Assembly: GCF_965237845.1 (NCBI RefSeq)
Contig: NZ_OZ250154.1
Span: 657,831 to 721,830, forward strand
From: Candidatus Spongiihabitans sp.
GTDB lineage: Bacteria > Pseudomonadota > Gammaproteobacteria > Arenicellales > Poriferihabitantaceae
Direction: 5' to 3'
DNA: 64,000 nucleotides
Within the stretch, counting starts at the first letter, position 1. Every line of letters begins with the position of its first letter. Shown piece by piece: positions 1-10,037 of the stretch. A program made the translations under genes and the position numbers. The notes under the pieces were generated by a model. That model saw nothing but the letters and a program-made list of their open reading frames with translations, was not told the DNA's origin and ran no database searches.

Positions 1-3
1 CAG

Positions 4-822
4 GTGAATACCGTGGGATGGGCAGTCAATGGCGGCATAGTATTGCTGTTTATCTGCGGTTTGGTCGAACTGGTCAAGCGGTTTTTCGAGTATCGCAACC
101 AAGAGCAAGCCATCAATCTTCTCAAAACCAATATAAAGAATAATGCGGACCCCTTGATTGGAATACGGCAGGAATATGTGGTGGCGCAACGATTCCTGAC
201 CCTTAAATCGCTGACTCAACGCCGAGCCAATATCAATCAAAACGTCCTGGCCGCGACTTTGATTGCTTCTGAATCAAGCCGAAACAGTTTTCTAAAATTT
301 GTCCATAATATTTTAATCCTTATCGGAGTATTCGGGACCATTATTTCGCTTTCAATTTCATTGCTTGGCGCTTCTGATATTCTGCAAAGCGGTGGCCAGG
401 CAGGGGGCTTGCTAGGCAGTCGAGAAGCGGCCCAGGCATCCGGATTGAGTACCATGATTTACGGTATGTCAACAGCGCTTTCAACAACAATGACTGCGAT
501 TATCGCCTACTTGTTCTTCGGTTATTTTTATATCAAGTTGACCGATACCCAGACTTTTTTGATTAGCAAAATTGAAGAAGTTACCACCACAATATTGATG
601 CCGCATCTACAGCTCAACCAGGACCCCGTGGTCAGGGATTATGTGGATAAGGGGGCACTGCCGCACCTGGATGAGAGCGCTAGCGAAAACCAAGTGCTGA
701 TGGCGCTGATTCGTGAAATTGCAGAACGACAACAACAAGCCGCCAACCAAAATTCTGAGAGCATGAAAGAAGTGGTAGACATCCTGCAACGTGGTTTTCG
801 ATTGCGCTCCGATGACGAGTAA
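4..822 (+). CDS. MotA/TolQ/ExbB-family proton-channel protein (reading frame is open to position 1, so the N-terminus may lie off-window)
   Basis: 272-aa ORF. It has three hydrophobic helices (WAVNGGIVLLFICGLVELV; ILILIGVFGTIISLSISLL; MIYGMSTALSTTMTAIIAYLFFGYFY) with a long loop between TM1 and TM2. The G-x-x-GT and A-L-x-T-T patterns are typical of ExbB/TolQ/MotA. Only 18 nt separate it from the downstream partner ORF. Confidence 0.6.
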   Translation: MNTVGWAVNGGIVLLFICGLVELVKRFFEYRNQEQAINLLKTNIKNNADPLIGIRQEYVVAQRFLTLKSLTQRRANINQNVLAATLIASESSRNSFLKFVHNILILIGVFGTIISLSISLLGASDILQSGGQAGGLLGSREAAQASGLSTMIYGMSTALSTTMTAIIAYLFFGYFYIKLTDTQTFLISKIEEVTTTILMPHLQLNQDPVVRDYVDKGALPHLDESASENQVLMALIREIAERQQQAANQNSESMKEVVDILQRGFRLRSDDE

Positions 823-840
823 CCCGGATAAGCAGCCTAA

Positions 841-2025
841 ATGTCACAAACCCACGGTTTTATTGATCTTCGAATAGGTCACGGTGCCAGAGGCATCGGT
901 GACGACAGCGTATGGCCGTCTTTTACCGACATTATGACCGTAATCGTGATGATTTTCTTAATGGCGTTAGTGGTTATTATGGTACGCAATTTCGACCTGG
1001 ATCGGGAGTTGTTATCCACCATTACCGCAAAGGAAGCGGCCTCGCTGGCAAATCAAGATTTAGTTGAGCGTTTAATACAAATCGAACACTCTCTGGATGA
1101 TTCCAAAAGTCAAAGAGATGCTCTGCAAGCTAATTTGGATGAGGAATTGGCACGCCTTGCAGCATTATCTTTGGAGCAGAAATTATTAAAAGCCGATCTT
1201 GAAACCGTAATTAGTCAACGGCAGAAATTGCAACAAGCCAACACGCTACTTGAGCAACAGAAAGAATCCGCGCGGTTGGAAATCAGCACATTGGTTGAAA
1301 GCGAGCGGGCATTGAGCCTGCAAATCGAAAATTTGCGTGAACAATTTTCAGCGCTGAAATTAGAATCTAATGAACAGATTTCCAGCCTGACCGGCGCTAA
1401 TCAATCACTGAGTGAAAAACTTGATACAGTTTCTGCCCAGCTTGCTGAAGTCAAACTATATCTTCAGCAATCCCAGTTTGAATTTGCACAGTCCGAGACT
1501 CAACTACAACAAGCCCGGTCTCAAAAAGAAATGCTAACTCAGGAAGTGACAGAATTGAGAACCTTGAGCCAAAATGTTGAACAAAGATATAGCATCGCCA
1601 GCGAGGAAATATTAGCGCTTACGAAGTTAATTACGCAACGCAAGGCCGAGAATGCGGCATTACAAGATCAAGCGGCGGCTTCGGTGCGGCAATTCAAGTC
1701 GTTGCAAGACGAGTACCAATCCCTGGAAGCCAAATTTCGCGATTTAATCAGGCCGGCAAGAAGCGCGGCAGGAAAACGAATTGCGCGAATATGGATAGAA
1801 AAAACTGGTGCCGGCGTGCAATATAAAATAAAACAGCCGGGCCAGCCGGACCGAAAAATCGTCGAGGAGCAGCAAATGCACCAGATATTGCAAACGCTGA
1901 AAAAAAAATTCGGCGATGCGTTTTATGTCAGCGTCGTGATTCCGGAAAACAGCGGACTATCGTATGGCCAAGCCTCGAATCTCATGGATGAAATTCATCG
2001 GAAATACGACTATTATTTTCAATAG
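841..2025 (+). CDS. MotB/ExbD/TolR-like membrane anchor with a long coiled-coil region and a small C-terminal globular domain
   Basis: The N-terminus [28 protein letters not shown] resembles the MotB/TolR/ExbD transmembrane helix with the conserved Asp (FTD). Residues about 60-320 are heptad-like and rich in Q/E/L/A ([48 protein letters not shown]...). The C-terminal ~90 aa ([29 protein letters not shown]) only faintly resembles an OmpA-like fold. Confidence 0.5.
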   Translation: MSQTHGFIDLRIGHGARGIGDDSVWPSFTDIMTVIVMIFLMALVVIMVRNFDLDRELLSTITAKEAASLANQDLVERLIQIEHSLDDSKSQRDALQANLDEELARLAALSLEQKLLKADLETVISQRQKLQQANTLLEQQKESARLEISTLVESERALSLQIENLREQFSALKLESNEQISSLTGANQSLSEKLDTVSAQLAEVKLYLQQSQFEFAQSETQLQQARSQKEMLTQEVTELRTLSQNVEQRYSIASEEILALTKLITQRKAENAALQDQAAASVRQFKSLQDEYQSLEAKFRDLIRPARSAAGKRIARIWIEKTGAGVQYKIKQPGQPDRKIVEEQQMHQILQTLKKKFGDAFYVSVVIPENSGLSYGQASNLMDEIHRKYDYYFQ

Positions 2026-2068
2026 CCGACTGCAACGAAACACGACATTATTTAACCCCGCGTTTTTA

Positions 2069-3949
2069 ATGAAATACCCGGAATCTTTTGAGGTCATTGT
2101 CATCGGCGGCGGTCACGCCGGTGTAGAAGCCGCGCTGGCCTCAGCGCGGATGCGGTGCAATACTTTGTTGATTACCCATAACATTGAAACCATAGGGCAA
2201 ATGTCCTGTAACCCGGCCATCGGCGGAATCGGCAAGGGTCATATCGTCAAAGAAATTGATGCCCTGGGCGGCATCATGGCAAGCGCAATAGATGAGGCCG
2301 GCATCCACTTCAGGATATTGAATTCCCGCAAGGGGCCAGCGGTTCAGGCCACTCGGGCGCAGGCCGACCGGGCGTTATATAAAATGGCCATTCGCAAGGC
2401 CGTGGAACATCAGCAAAATTTAACCGTGTTTCAACAATCGGTGGATGATTTGATCGTAGCAGGGGCGCAAATAAAGGGCGTGCGAACTCAACTGGGCATC
2501 GAATTTGAATCGTCTGCTGTGGTCTTGACTACCGGGACTTTTCTAAATGGAAAAATCCATGTCGGGATGGACAATTCAAAAGGCGGCCGGGCGGGAGATT
2601 CGTCTTCGTTAGCCCTGGCCAATCGCTTGCGAGAGTTGCCCCTGAATGTTGACCGACTTAAAACCGGAACACCCCCGCGTATAGATGGCAAAACAATCGA
2701 CTATACTTATCTGGATAAACAGCCTGGTGACGACCCGGTTCCGGTATTTTCGTTTCTTGGGGATGTTGCTCAACATCCGCGCCAGGTTTCCTGTCATATC
2801 ACGCACACCAATACCAAAACCCATGACATTATAACCAACGCCTTGCATCGCTCGCCGCTCTATGGCGGTGCCATTGAAGGCGTGGGCCCGCGTTATTGTC
2901 CTTCAATCGAAGACAAGGTGGTGCGATTTGCTGATCAAAACAGCCATCAAATCTTTATCGAACCCGAGGGTCTGAACACCACCGAGGTCTATCCCAATGG
3001 CATTTCAACCAGCTTGCCGTTTGATGTTCAGCTTGATTTCGTAAGATCTATAAAGGGATTCGAAAACGCAATGGTAACCCGACCCGGCTATGCCATTGAG
3101 TATGACTTTTTTGATCCACGAGGATTAAAAAGCTCATTGGAAACCAAATGTATTCACGGGTTGTTTTTCGCAGGGCAAATCAATGGCACCACAGGCTATG
3201 AGGAAGCTGCCGGGCAGGGGTTAATTGCCGGATTAAACGCGGCTTTGAAAATCAAGCAACGTGAACCCTGGTGTCCAGCTCGAAGCGAAGCGTATATCGG
3301 TGTCATGATCGATGACCTGATTACCCGCGGCACAGCCGAACCTTACAGGATGTTCACCTCCCGCGCCGAATATCGGTTGCAACTGCGGGAGGACAATGCG
3401 GATTTAAGGTTGACCGACAAAGGCTATGAGCTTGGGCTTGTCGATGACCGGCGAATTTCGGCGTTCAACAAAAAACGCGACAACATCGATAAAGAAAAAA
3501 CCCGATTGGAGAAAACCTGGGTTCGTCCGGATAACACAGATGCGGCGACGATTGAAAAAATACTGGGCCAACCCTTGCAAAGAGAGGCCAATTTGATGGA
3601 TTTGTTGCGACGACCGGAAGTGAATTATCAAGGCCTGGTCGAGTTAGCCCGGCTTGATGCGCCGTTGCAGGATCAACAAAGTATTCGGCAACTCGAAATA
3701 CAAGCCAGATACAGCGGCTACATTGAACGTCAGGCTGCGGAAATCGAACGCCAGAAGAACAGCGATAACCTGGCGATACCGGACGATATCGACTATGCAA
3801 ATGCGCACGGACTGTCCGCCGAGGCGCAACAAAAACTAAGTGCCACCCGACCTCAAACAATTGGACAAGCAGCCCGAATTCCAGGGGTAACGCCGGCTGC
3901 CATATCGTTGCTATTGGTGCATCTTAAAAAAACGCAAAGAGCGGCATAG
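2069..3949 (+). CDS. mnmG: tRNA uridine 5-carboxymethylaminomethyl modification enzyme MnmG (GidA)
   Basis: [31 protein letters not shown]-binding N-terminus and full-length (~627 aa) GidA-like sequence. ATG at 2069 is chosen over the upstream in-frame ORF start at 1964, which overlaps the previous gene. Confidence 0.95.
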   Translation: MKYPESFEVIVIGGGHAGVEAALASARMRCNTLLITHNIETIGQMSCNPAIGGIGKGHIVKEIDALGGIMASAIDEAGIHFRILNSRKGPAVQATRAQADRALYKMAIRKAVEHQQNLTVFQQSVDDLIVAGAQIKGVRTQLGIEFESSAVVLTTGTFLNGKIHVGMDNSKGGRAGDSSSLALANRLRELPLNVDRLKTGTPPRIDGKTIDYTYLDKQPGDDPVPVFSFLGDVAQHPRQVSCHITHTNTKTHDIITNALHRSPLYGGAIEGVGPRYCPSIEDKVVRFADQNSHQIFIEPEGLNTTEVYPNGISTSLPFDVQLDFVRSIKGFENAMVTRPGYAIEYDFFDPRGLKSSLETKCIHGLFFAGQINGTTGYEEAAGQGLIAGLNAALKIKQREPWCPARSEAYIGVMIDDLITRGTAEPYRMFTSRAEYRLQLREDNADLRLTDKGYELGLVDDRRISAFNKKRDNIDKEKTRLEKTWVRPDNTDAATIEKILGQPLQREANLMDLLRRPEVNYQGLVELARLDAPLQDQQSIRQLEIQARYSGYIERQAAEIERQKNSDNLAIPDDIDYANAHGLSAEAQQKLSATRPQTIGQAARIPGVTPAAISLLLVHLKKTQRAA

Positions 3950-3960
3950 CGCTCGCGCCT

Positions 3961-5604
3961 TTGCGAAAGCCGGTTATCCTCGAAATGCACCAAGCCGGCG
4001 ATCAATTTGATTTCATCGTGGTCGGCGCCGGCTCGGCCGGTTGTGTGCTGGCAAACCGCCTGAGCGAAATACCCGACCAGCGCATCTTGCTGCTGGAGGC
4101 CGGAACCCGGGACACCAGCCCCTGGCTCCACATTCCGGTGGGGTATTTCAAGACCATGCACGACCCCCGCTTTGACTGGTGTTATGTTACCGAGCCGGAC
4201 CCCGGCTTGAACGGCCGCCGGATAAAATGGCCCCGGGGCAAGGTGCTGGGCGGCTCGAGTTCCCTGAACGGCCTCCTGTATGTGCGCGGGCAGGCCGAGG
4301 ATTATGATGGCTGGGCGGCGGCGGGCAACCCAGGATGGTCGTTTCACGACGTGCTTCCCTTTTTCAAAAAATCCGAGGATCAGGAACGGGGAGAAGACGA
4401 ATTCCACGGCGTCGGCGGCCCCCAGAAGGTGTCCGATATCCGCATCCGCCGAAAAATTACCGATGCCTTTATCGCCGCCGCGGTGCAGGCCGGCGTCCCT
4501 CCGAACAACGATGTCAACGGCGACGTTCAGGAAGGCGTCGGTTATTTTCAGTTGACCAGCGATCGCGGCAGACGTTGCAGCACCGCGGTGGGCTACCTGC
4601 GCCCGGCGTTGAAGCGCGCGAATTTGACGGTCAAAACTAACGCGCATGTTACCCGTTTGGTGACCGAAAACGGTCGAGTCAGCGGGGTCGAGTATCTCCA
4701 TCAGGGGCAAATCAGAATGGCCGGCGCGGCGTGCGAAACGATCTTGTCTGCCGGGGCGATTGGCTCGCCACAAATTCTTCAGCTGTCCGGCATCGGCGCC
4801 GGCGAACTGAGCCAGCGGCTGGAGATTCCAGCACTTTTGCAATTGCCGGGGGTGGGCGCTAATCTGCAGGATCATCTGCAAATTAGGGCGGTGTACAAAT
4901 GCCGACAGGCCACCCTGAATGACGAAATCAACAGCTCGTTTGGCAAGTTGCTGATGGGGCTGGAATATCTGTTGCGCCGCAGCGGGCCGATGGCCATGGC
5001 GGCCAGCCAAGTGGCTATATTCACCCGCTCCAATGCCGCTGTGGCGCGGCCGGATATTCAGTTCCACTTTCAACCGCTGAGTTCGGATAGCCCCGGCCAA
5101 GGCACCCATCGGTTTTCTGCGTTCACCTCGTCGGTTTGTCAACTGCGACCATCCAGCAGTGGCAATGTGCAGATCAAGTCCCCGGATCCTGAGCAATATC
5201 CTGCATTGCAACCCAACTACCTCTGCACCGAGCTTGACTGCCAGGTTGTTATCGCTGGCATGAAACTATCGCGGAAAATCGCTGGCATGCCCGCGCTCAA
5301 AGACCTCATCACCGAAGAATACGATCCGGGGATTCACATCCGCTCCGATGAAGAGTTGCTGGAACATGCGCGTCATACCGCCACCACGATTTATCACCCG
5401 GTCGGCACCTGCAAAATGGGCACTGCCTCAGACCCCATGGCGGTGGTGGACAGCCAGCTAACCGTACATGGAATAGACCGTCTGCGGGTAGCGGATGCAT
5501 CCATCATGCCCGCCATCACCTCTGGCAACACCAACGCACCGACGATTATGATCGGTGAGAAATGCGCGGCGATGATCAAGCAACATTGGCGACTCAAAAG
5601 CTGA
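3961..5604 (+). CDS. GMC-family FAD oxidoreductase (choline/alcohol dehydrogenase-like)
   Basis: [21 protein letters not shown] Rossmann motif, C-terminal HPVGTCKMG and [22 protein letters not shown] motifs. TTG at 3961 or ATG at 3985 are both possible starts. GC-rich. Confidence 0.85.
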   Translation: MRKPVILEMHQAGDQFDFIVVGAGSAGCVLANRLSEIPDQRILLLEAGTRDTSPWLHIPVGYFKTMHDPRFDWCYVTEPDPGLNGRRIKWPRGKVLGGSSSLNGLLYVRGQAEDYDGWAAAGNPGWSFHDVLPFFKKSEDQERGEDEFHGVGGPQKVSDIRIRRKITDAFIAAAVQAGVPPNNDVNGDVQEGVGYFQLTSDRGRRCSTAVGYLRPALKRANLTVKTNAHVTRLVTENGRVSGVEYLHQGQIRMAGAACETILSAGAIGSPQILQLSGIGAGELSQRLEIPALLQLPGVGANLQDHLQIRAVYKCRQATLNDEINSSFGKLLMGLEYLLRRSGPMAMAASQVAIFTRSNAAVARPDIQFHFQPLSSDSPGQGTHRFSAFTSSVCQLRPSSSGNVQIKSPDPEQYPALQPNYLCTELDCQVVIAGMKLSRKIAGMPALKDLITEEYDPGIHIRSDEELLEHARHTATTIYHPVGTCKMGTASDPMAVVDSQLTVHGIDRLRVADASIMPAITSGNTNAPTIMIGEKCAAMIKQHWRLKS

Positions 5605-5778
5605 ATATATCGGTCAATTCAGCCGTTTCCCAAATGGTATCCTCGGCGTAAAACGGGTTGCCCTGCATGCTGAAATTGCGCCGAGCCAGCCGAACGCTTG
5701 GAGCTTTCGTTGTCGAATGATTGCGGCTGGATACTCGCCAACCCAAACGACCGCCTCTGTGGTGTCTTTTGCTCCAAC

Positions 5779-6522
5779 TTATTCAAGGTCGGTCAAGTAG
5801 TGATAATGAGCGGTATTGCATCGGCTGACCCGCCATTCAAGCGGGATGTTTTCATAGCCGATGGCAACCCGGTCAATTTCAAGCAATGGCCGGCCACATT
5901 CGATACCCAAATGTTTGGCATCATTTTCATCGGCAACAACCGCTTTTAGTTTTTCGGTGGCGTTGATGACCGCTAGGTGAAACAGGGACTCATAATACCG
6001 ATAGAGGGTGTTCGGCAACTCGGCCGGCGCGTGATTTTCCAGACCGCTGAAACGGTTGGCGGGCAGCGACAGGCATTCATGAATGACCGGGTCGCTGTCG
6101 AGCATCCGAATCCGGGTGATACGAATAACCTGTCCGCCTTTGTCAAGGCACAATTTGTCGCGCTCCTGAATAGTAGAGCGGTTTTTCGACAGAGATACCA
6201 CTCTGCTGTCCGGTAATAAGCGGTGACCGTTGTCATTGGTAAGGCGGAGAAAATGAAACAGGGCGCGGTCAACCGTGTGGGTTGCCACATAGGTTCCCTT
6301 ACCCTGATGCCGAACCAACAGGTTCTGGCCGACAAGTTCATCCAATGCCTTTTTGATTGTTCCCTGGCTGACTCCGAGCATCTCCGCTTGGCGCGGTTCG
6401 CTGGGTAGCAGGTCACCCGGTTTGAATTCATTTTTTGCCAACCGCTGCAGTATTATATCCTTGACCTGTAAGTATAACGGGCGGAAGTTCGGGCTGGTGA
6501 ACGGTTTTGTGCTGTGCTCCAC
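5779..6522 (-). CDS. GntR-family transcriptional regulator (HutC/FarR-type with UTRA effector domain)
   Basis: N-terminal winged HTH (PLYLQVKDIILQRLAKNEFKPGDLLPSEPRQAEMLGVSQGTIKKALDELVGQNLLVRHQGKGTYV) plus a ~150-aa C-terminal domain typical of UTRA. Divergent from the SAF/UxaA pair. Confidence 0.85.
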   Translation of the reverse strand: MEHSTKPFTSPNFRPLYLQVKDIILQRLAKNEFKPGDLLPSEPRQAEMLGVSQGTIKKALDELVGQNLLVRHQGKGTYVATHTVDRALFHFLRLTNDNGHRLLPDSRVVSLSKNRSTIQERDKLCLDKGGQVIRITRIRMLDSDPVIHECLSLPANRFSGLENHAPAELPNTLYRYYESLFHLAVINATEKLKAVVADENDAKHLGIECGRPLLEIDRVAIGYENIPLEWRVSRCNTAHYHYLTDLE

Positions 6523-6572
6523 TGATAATCCTGATTTTGTGCTTTACATTAATAGAACAGGTTGCTACCTTT

Positions 6573-6602
6573 ATACCATCTTAATACCATCTTATATAAG
6601 AT
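6573..6602. promoter_or_regulatory. Candidate operator in the divergent GntR / suyA-like intergenic region
   Basis: Direct repeat ataccatctta at 6573-6583 and 6584-6594, overlapping a perfect 14-bp palindrome atcttatataagat (6589-6602). Located 28 bp upstream of the 6630 start codon. Confidence 0.35.
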
Positions 6603-6629
6603 ACAAGTATTTTAATCAACGAGGAATGC

Positions 6630-6926
6630 ATGACTATAGCAAATCCGCCGGATTTTCTGGTTCACGACCAACGCGATGATGTCGGTGTTGTGGTGGTCGA
6701 AGAAGTCGAAACCCGGCAGCGTCTTTGTAGCTGGTGCATGGAAACCGATAAAATCGTTGCCGTTACCGCCACGCAGCCGATTCCTCTGGGGCACAAAATT
6801 GCTTTAAAAGAGATTGCCGAAGGTGACGATGTGATCAAGTATGGCGAAGTAATTGGCCGCGCCAGCACGGACATTACGGTGGGTGCTCACCTGCACGTCC
6901 ACAATACTAAAACAAGAAAGTGGTAA
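6630..6926 (+). CDS. SAF-domain small subunit of a UxaA-family (altronate-dehydratase-like) enzyme; SuyA-like (sulfolactate sulfo-lyase small subunit architecture)
   Basis: 98 aa. [42 protein letters not shown] matches the SAF/UxaA N-terminal signature. Encoded as a separate small ORF directly upstream of the large-subunit ORF. Confidence 0.7.
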   Translation: MTIANPPDFLVHDQRDDVGVVVVEEVETRQRLCSWCMETDKIVAVTATQPIPLGHKIALKEIAEGDDVIKYGEVIGRASTDITVGAHLHVHNTKTRKW

Positions 6927-6939
6927 CCTGAGACCGAGC

Positions 6940-7659
6940 ATGAACACGCCGAATATTTTTGGTTTCAAGCGCGAAAACGGCCGCGTCGGGATACGCAATC
7001 ACGTGGTTATCCTGCCGCTGGACGATCTTTCCAACGCCGCTTGCAAGGCGGTTGCCAACAATATCCGGGGCGCCTTGGCGATTCCCCATGCCTACGGCAG
7101 GCTGCAATTCGGCGAGGACCTCGAACTGCATTTTCGCACCCTGATTAGCACCGGTGCGAACCCCAATGTGGCGGCGGTGGTGGTCATCGGCATCGAACCC
7201 GAATGGCCCCGGGTGATCGTCGACGGCATCGGCAAAACCGGTAAACTGGTGACTGGTTTTTCCATCGAACGCTATGGCGATATCAACACCATCGCCGAAG
7301 CCAGCCGCACGGCCAAGGAATATGTACATATCGCCTCGGAATACCAGCGCGAGGAATGCCCACTTTCAGATGTCTGGGTGTCGCATAAGTGCGGCGACGC
7401 CCTGCTGGACATGGTAATCCGAACCTGCAACGGCCGCCTGACCGCGGCGGAGGCCCTGGGTCACCGGGAATTTGTGCTCACGAAGTTGTATCGCAAGTGC
7501 ATAATTGGGGCGGTTTTGTGTTATAAGCCAGTACATAACCACGGCCCAAAAATGAGGCAAATCAAATGGCGGGGAAAACAAAACACGGTGCGAAGCGAAT
7601 TTCCACCAAAACAAACCACTGGGATAACTTCTTGCGTGGTGTCGCCAACGTGCTGGTAA
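6940..7659 (+). pseudogene. UxaA-family large subunit (SuyB-like) with a large internal deletion and a replaced 3' end
   Basis: The N-terminal ~150 aa are UxaA-like ([31 protein letters not shown]...[13 protein letters not shown]). They join directly, at about 7396-7404, to a C-terminal-type segment ([31 protein letters not shown]). The central ~200 codons expected for this family are absent. Family similarity stops near 7494, although the frame stays open to 7659. Confidence 0.6.
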
Positions 7660-7793
7660 TTGCTCCCCGACGGGAATACCACATCCCGAAAAGAGGCGAT
7701 TTTGCGCGGGATGCGCACTCGTTGCGAGAGGATTTTGACAAGGTTGCCGGTGACCTGAACTATTCAGTGAATAGGTATGGCGCGGGGCAGTAA
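7566..7793 (+). CDS. Hypothetical small basic protein (75 aa)
   Basis: ORF with GAGG 8 nt upstream of the ATG. No family recognised. Lies in a patch of lower GC that replaces the 3' end of the SuyB-like gene. Confidence 0.3.
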   Translation: MAGKTKHGAKRISTKTNHWDNFLRGVANVLVIAPRREYHIPKRGDFARDAHSLREDFDKVAGDLNYSVNRYGAGQ

Positions 7794-7824
7794 AACCCAC
7801 ATCAAGGGGCGCGGAGGTGAGATT

Positions 7825-8121
7825 ATGTACCAGCAACACGATACGGACAGCCCCATCATCCCGGTTTCACAACTCGAGAAGTTGCGCACATTCAAGCCGG
7901 ATGCCGCGGATTGGGTGTTACAACAAACCGAGGTTGAGGCAAATCATCGTCGCAGTGAAGAACATCGCGTTAATTCTTTTATTTTTTCCGAAAGGTTTTT
8001 CGGGCAAATTTGCGCCCTGACAATCGGCCTCGTCGGCATTGGCGGTGGCGCTTTCGTGGCATGGGGAGGACAACCTTGGGCCGCCGTATTTATTCAAGGG
8101 AATAGGAAAAAGCAACCCTGA
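7825..8121 (+). CDS. DUF2335-like small membrane protein
   Basis: IIPVSQLEKLRTFKPDAADWVLQQTEVEANHRRSEEHR followed by hydrophobic segments (FFGQICALTIGLVGIGGGAFVAW) matches the DUF2335 pattern as I recall it. GGAGGTGA lies 7 nt upstream of the ATG at 7825. Confidence 0.5.
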   Translation: MYQQHDTDSPIIPVSQLEKLRTFKPDAADWVLQQTEVEANHRRSEEHRVNSFIFSERFFGQICALTIGLVGIGGGAFVAWGGQPWAAVFIQGNRKKQP

Positions 8122-8222
8122 TAAACCAAAATACCCATGGTCCTGTCATGGGGCAACCTGTTTATTTTTCGTGCACTCGCTCCCCGGAGCAATTACCAAC
8201 TACCAACAAATAGGAGACTGAG

Positions 8223-9335
8223 ATGTTAAAACGTTCCAACTTGTTTGCCGGCGGAATGGCCGGCCTGTCCATGCTGGCCACGCTTTTATCGACCGCGGGC
8301 GCGGCTTTCGCGGAAGTTACGATTCGCGTGCAGTCGGTGTTGCCGACCAAGGCGGATGAAATCGTCATGGTCAAGGATTTCGCCGCCAACGTGGCGGCGC
8401 TGACCAACGGCGAAATCAAGATTGAGGTGCTGCCCGACGGCGCCATCGTCAGCGGCCGCGACATTCTCGACGCCGTCGACAAGGGCTTGGTGGAAGCCGG
8501 CTTCGCGTGGACGCATTACTGGTCGGGCAAGCATCCCGCCGCCATGCTGTTCGGCTCGCCGGTCGCCGGCGCCGGAGTCGGCATCGACAACATCGCCTTC
8601 ATTTCGTGGTATATGAACGGCGGCGGACGCGAGCTTTACGATCAACTGTGGGATGAGATGGGCTTGAACATCAAGGGCTTGATGCTGCAGCCGGTGGGAC
8701 CGGAGGCGCTGGGCTGGTTCAAGGAGCCGATTGAGAGCATGGAGGATTTCCGCCAATACCGTTTCAGGACGCCGCCGGGCATCCCCGGGCAAACCTACAA
8801 CGACATTGGCGTCGCTTCGGTGGCCATGAGCGGCGGCGACATTCTGCCAGCATTGGAAAAAGGCGTGATCGACGCCGCCGAGTGGTGCTGCCCGAAGCCC
8901 GACAGCGTGTTCGGCTTCCAGAAAGTGCTCAAGCACTATTATCTGCAAGGCCTCCACCAAGTGGTGGTGAACGCCGACATGTATATCAACAAAGATGTCT
9001 GGAACAAGTTGACCGACCACCAGAAAAAGGCGATGGAAGTGGCGGCGGATGCCTCGCTGATTCGCTCCTTGAGTTATCGCATTTTTGAAAACGGCAAAGC
9101 CCTCAAGGACTTGGTCGAAAATTGGGGCGTTATCCTGCACGATACGCCAGAGGATTACTTCCCCCTATATATGAATGCGGCCAAGGCCAGCCTCGAGAAA
9201 AACTCGAAGGAAAACGCGTTTTTCAAGCAGGTCTGGGATTCGCAAAAAGCCTTCGCCGAGATCGCGGTGCCGTTCTGGGCCGGGGCGCAGACTTCCAACG
9301 CTAAACTGGGCAAGGCGTTTGTGGATGGGAAGTAG
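8223..9335 (+). CDS. TRAP transporter substrate-binding protein (DctP-type; HpsK-like position)
   Basis: 370 aa with signal peptide (MLKRSNLFAGGMAGLSMLATLLSTAGAAFA). Sequence style is that of the mannitol/chloroaromatic-type TRAP periplasmic components. Followed by small and large TRAP permeases. Confidence 0.8.
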   Translation: MLKRSNLFAGGMAGLSMLATLLSTAGAAFAEVTIRVQSVLPTKADEIVMVKDFAANVAALTNGEIKIEVLPDGAIVSGRDILDAVDKGLVEAGFAWTHYWSGKHPAAMLFGSPVAGAGVGIDNIAFISWYMNGGGRELYDQLWDEMGLNIKGLMLQPVGPEALGWFKEPIESMEDFRQYRFRTPPGIPGQTYNDIGVASVAMSGGDILPALEKGVIDAAEWCCPKPDSVFGFQKVLKHYYLQGLHQVVVNADMYINKDVWNKLTDHQKKAMEVAADASLIRSLSYRIFENGKALKDLVENWGVILHDTPEDYFPLYMNAAKASLEKNSKENAFFKQVWDSQKAFAEIAVPFWAGAQTSNAKLGKAFVDGK

Positions 9336-9422
9336 TCAATAGATGAGTCGCGAAAAAATCAACGGCAAGCCCGTTGATTTTTTCACCCCGCTAGCGAAAG
9401 CCACCTCAATCTACGCAAAACC

Positions 9423-10037
9423 ATGGTCGAAGAAATCGACCCCAGCAAACTCGAGATCGCCGATGAGCTAATCGCCGAGCGGCGCGGCACCGCGCCGGGC
9501 AAACTCCCCGACGACATGCCTCGGTGGATGGCCGCCACCATCACCCGCATCGACCTGATGAGTTTGTGGATCGGCCGCGCGGTGTGCTGGATGCTGGTGC
9601 CGTTGTGCGTGTCCATGGTGTATGAGGTCATCGCGCGCAAGTATTTCCTCGCCCCGACCATGTGGGCCTACGACATCAGCCGGATGTTTTACGGCGCGCT
9701 GTTCATGCTCGGCGCCGGCTACGCGCTTTCTCGGGGGGTGCATATCCGAGCCGATTTCCTGTATCGCAACTGGTCGGTGCGGGTTCAAGGCACGGTCGAT
9801 TCGACGCTGTATCTGGTGTTTTATTTCCCCGGCTTGCTGGTGTTCATGTGGACTTCCATCGATTACGCCTGGGTCGCCATCGACCGCGGCGAGCGCGGCA
9901 TGGACACGGCGTGGATGCCCTATATGGGGCCGATCAAATCGGTGTTGCCGGTCGGAGCGTTGTTGTTGTTAATCCAAGGCATCTCGGAAACCTTGAAAAG
10001 CCTCTACGCGGCACGCCGCGGAAGGTGGCCGGTATGA
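9423..10037 (+). CDS. TRAP transporter small permease (DctQ-type; HpsL-like position)
   Basis: 204 aa, four hydrophobic helices. The stop overlaps the large-permease start (ATGA at 10034-10037). Confidence 0.8.
   Translation: MVEEIDPSKLEIADELIAERRGTAPGKLPDDMPRWMAATITRIDLMSLWIGRAVCWMLVPLCVSMVYEVIARKYFLAPTMWAYDISRMFYGALFMLGAGYALSRGVHIRADFLYRNWSVRVQGTVDSTLYLVFYFPGLLVFMWTSIDYAWVAIDRGERGMDTAWMPYMGPIKSVLPVGALLLLIQGISETLKSLYAARRGRWPV

Noticed and set aside
1-2025. Zorya-type anti-phage system
   Set aside because: Only a MotA/ExbB-like and MotB-like pair is visible. The long coiled coil is on the B-type protein, not on a ZorA-like tail. The downstream neighbour is mnmG rather than ZorC/D/E-type genes. 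Upstream genes are off-window, so this cannot be fully excluded.
1964-2068. Upstream extension of mnmG
   Set aside because: It overlaps the preceding gene, and conserved MnmG sequence begins at the ATG at 2069.
3853-5211. 452-aa ORF antisense to the GMC oxidoreductase
   Set aside because: It lies entirely within a well-supported GC-rich gene on the other strand. Its R/A/G/P-rich low-complexity translation has no recognisable motif. It is a typical high-GC shadow ORF.
9662-10033. N-terminal 124 codons of ORF 9662-11374 as part of the TRAP large permease
   Set aside because: This part overlaps the DctQ-like gene in another frame and is Arg-rich nonsense. ATG at 10034 gives a typical DctM N-terminus with an ATGA overlap.
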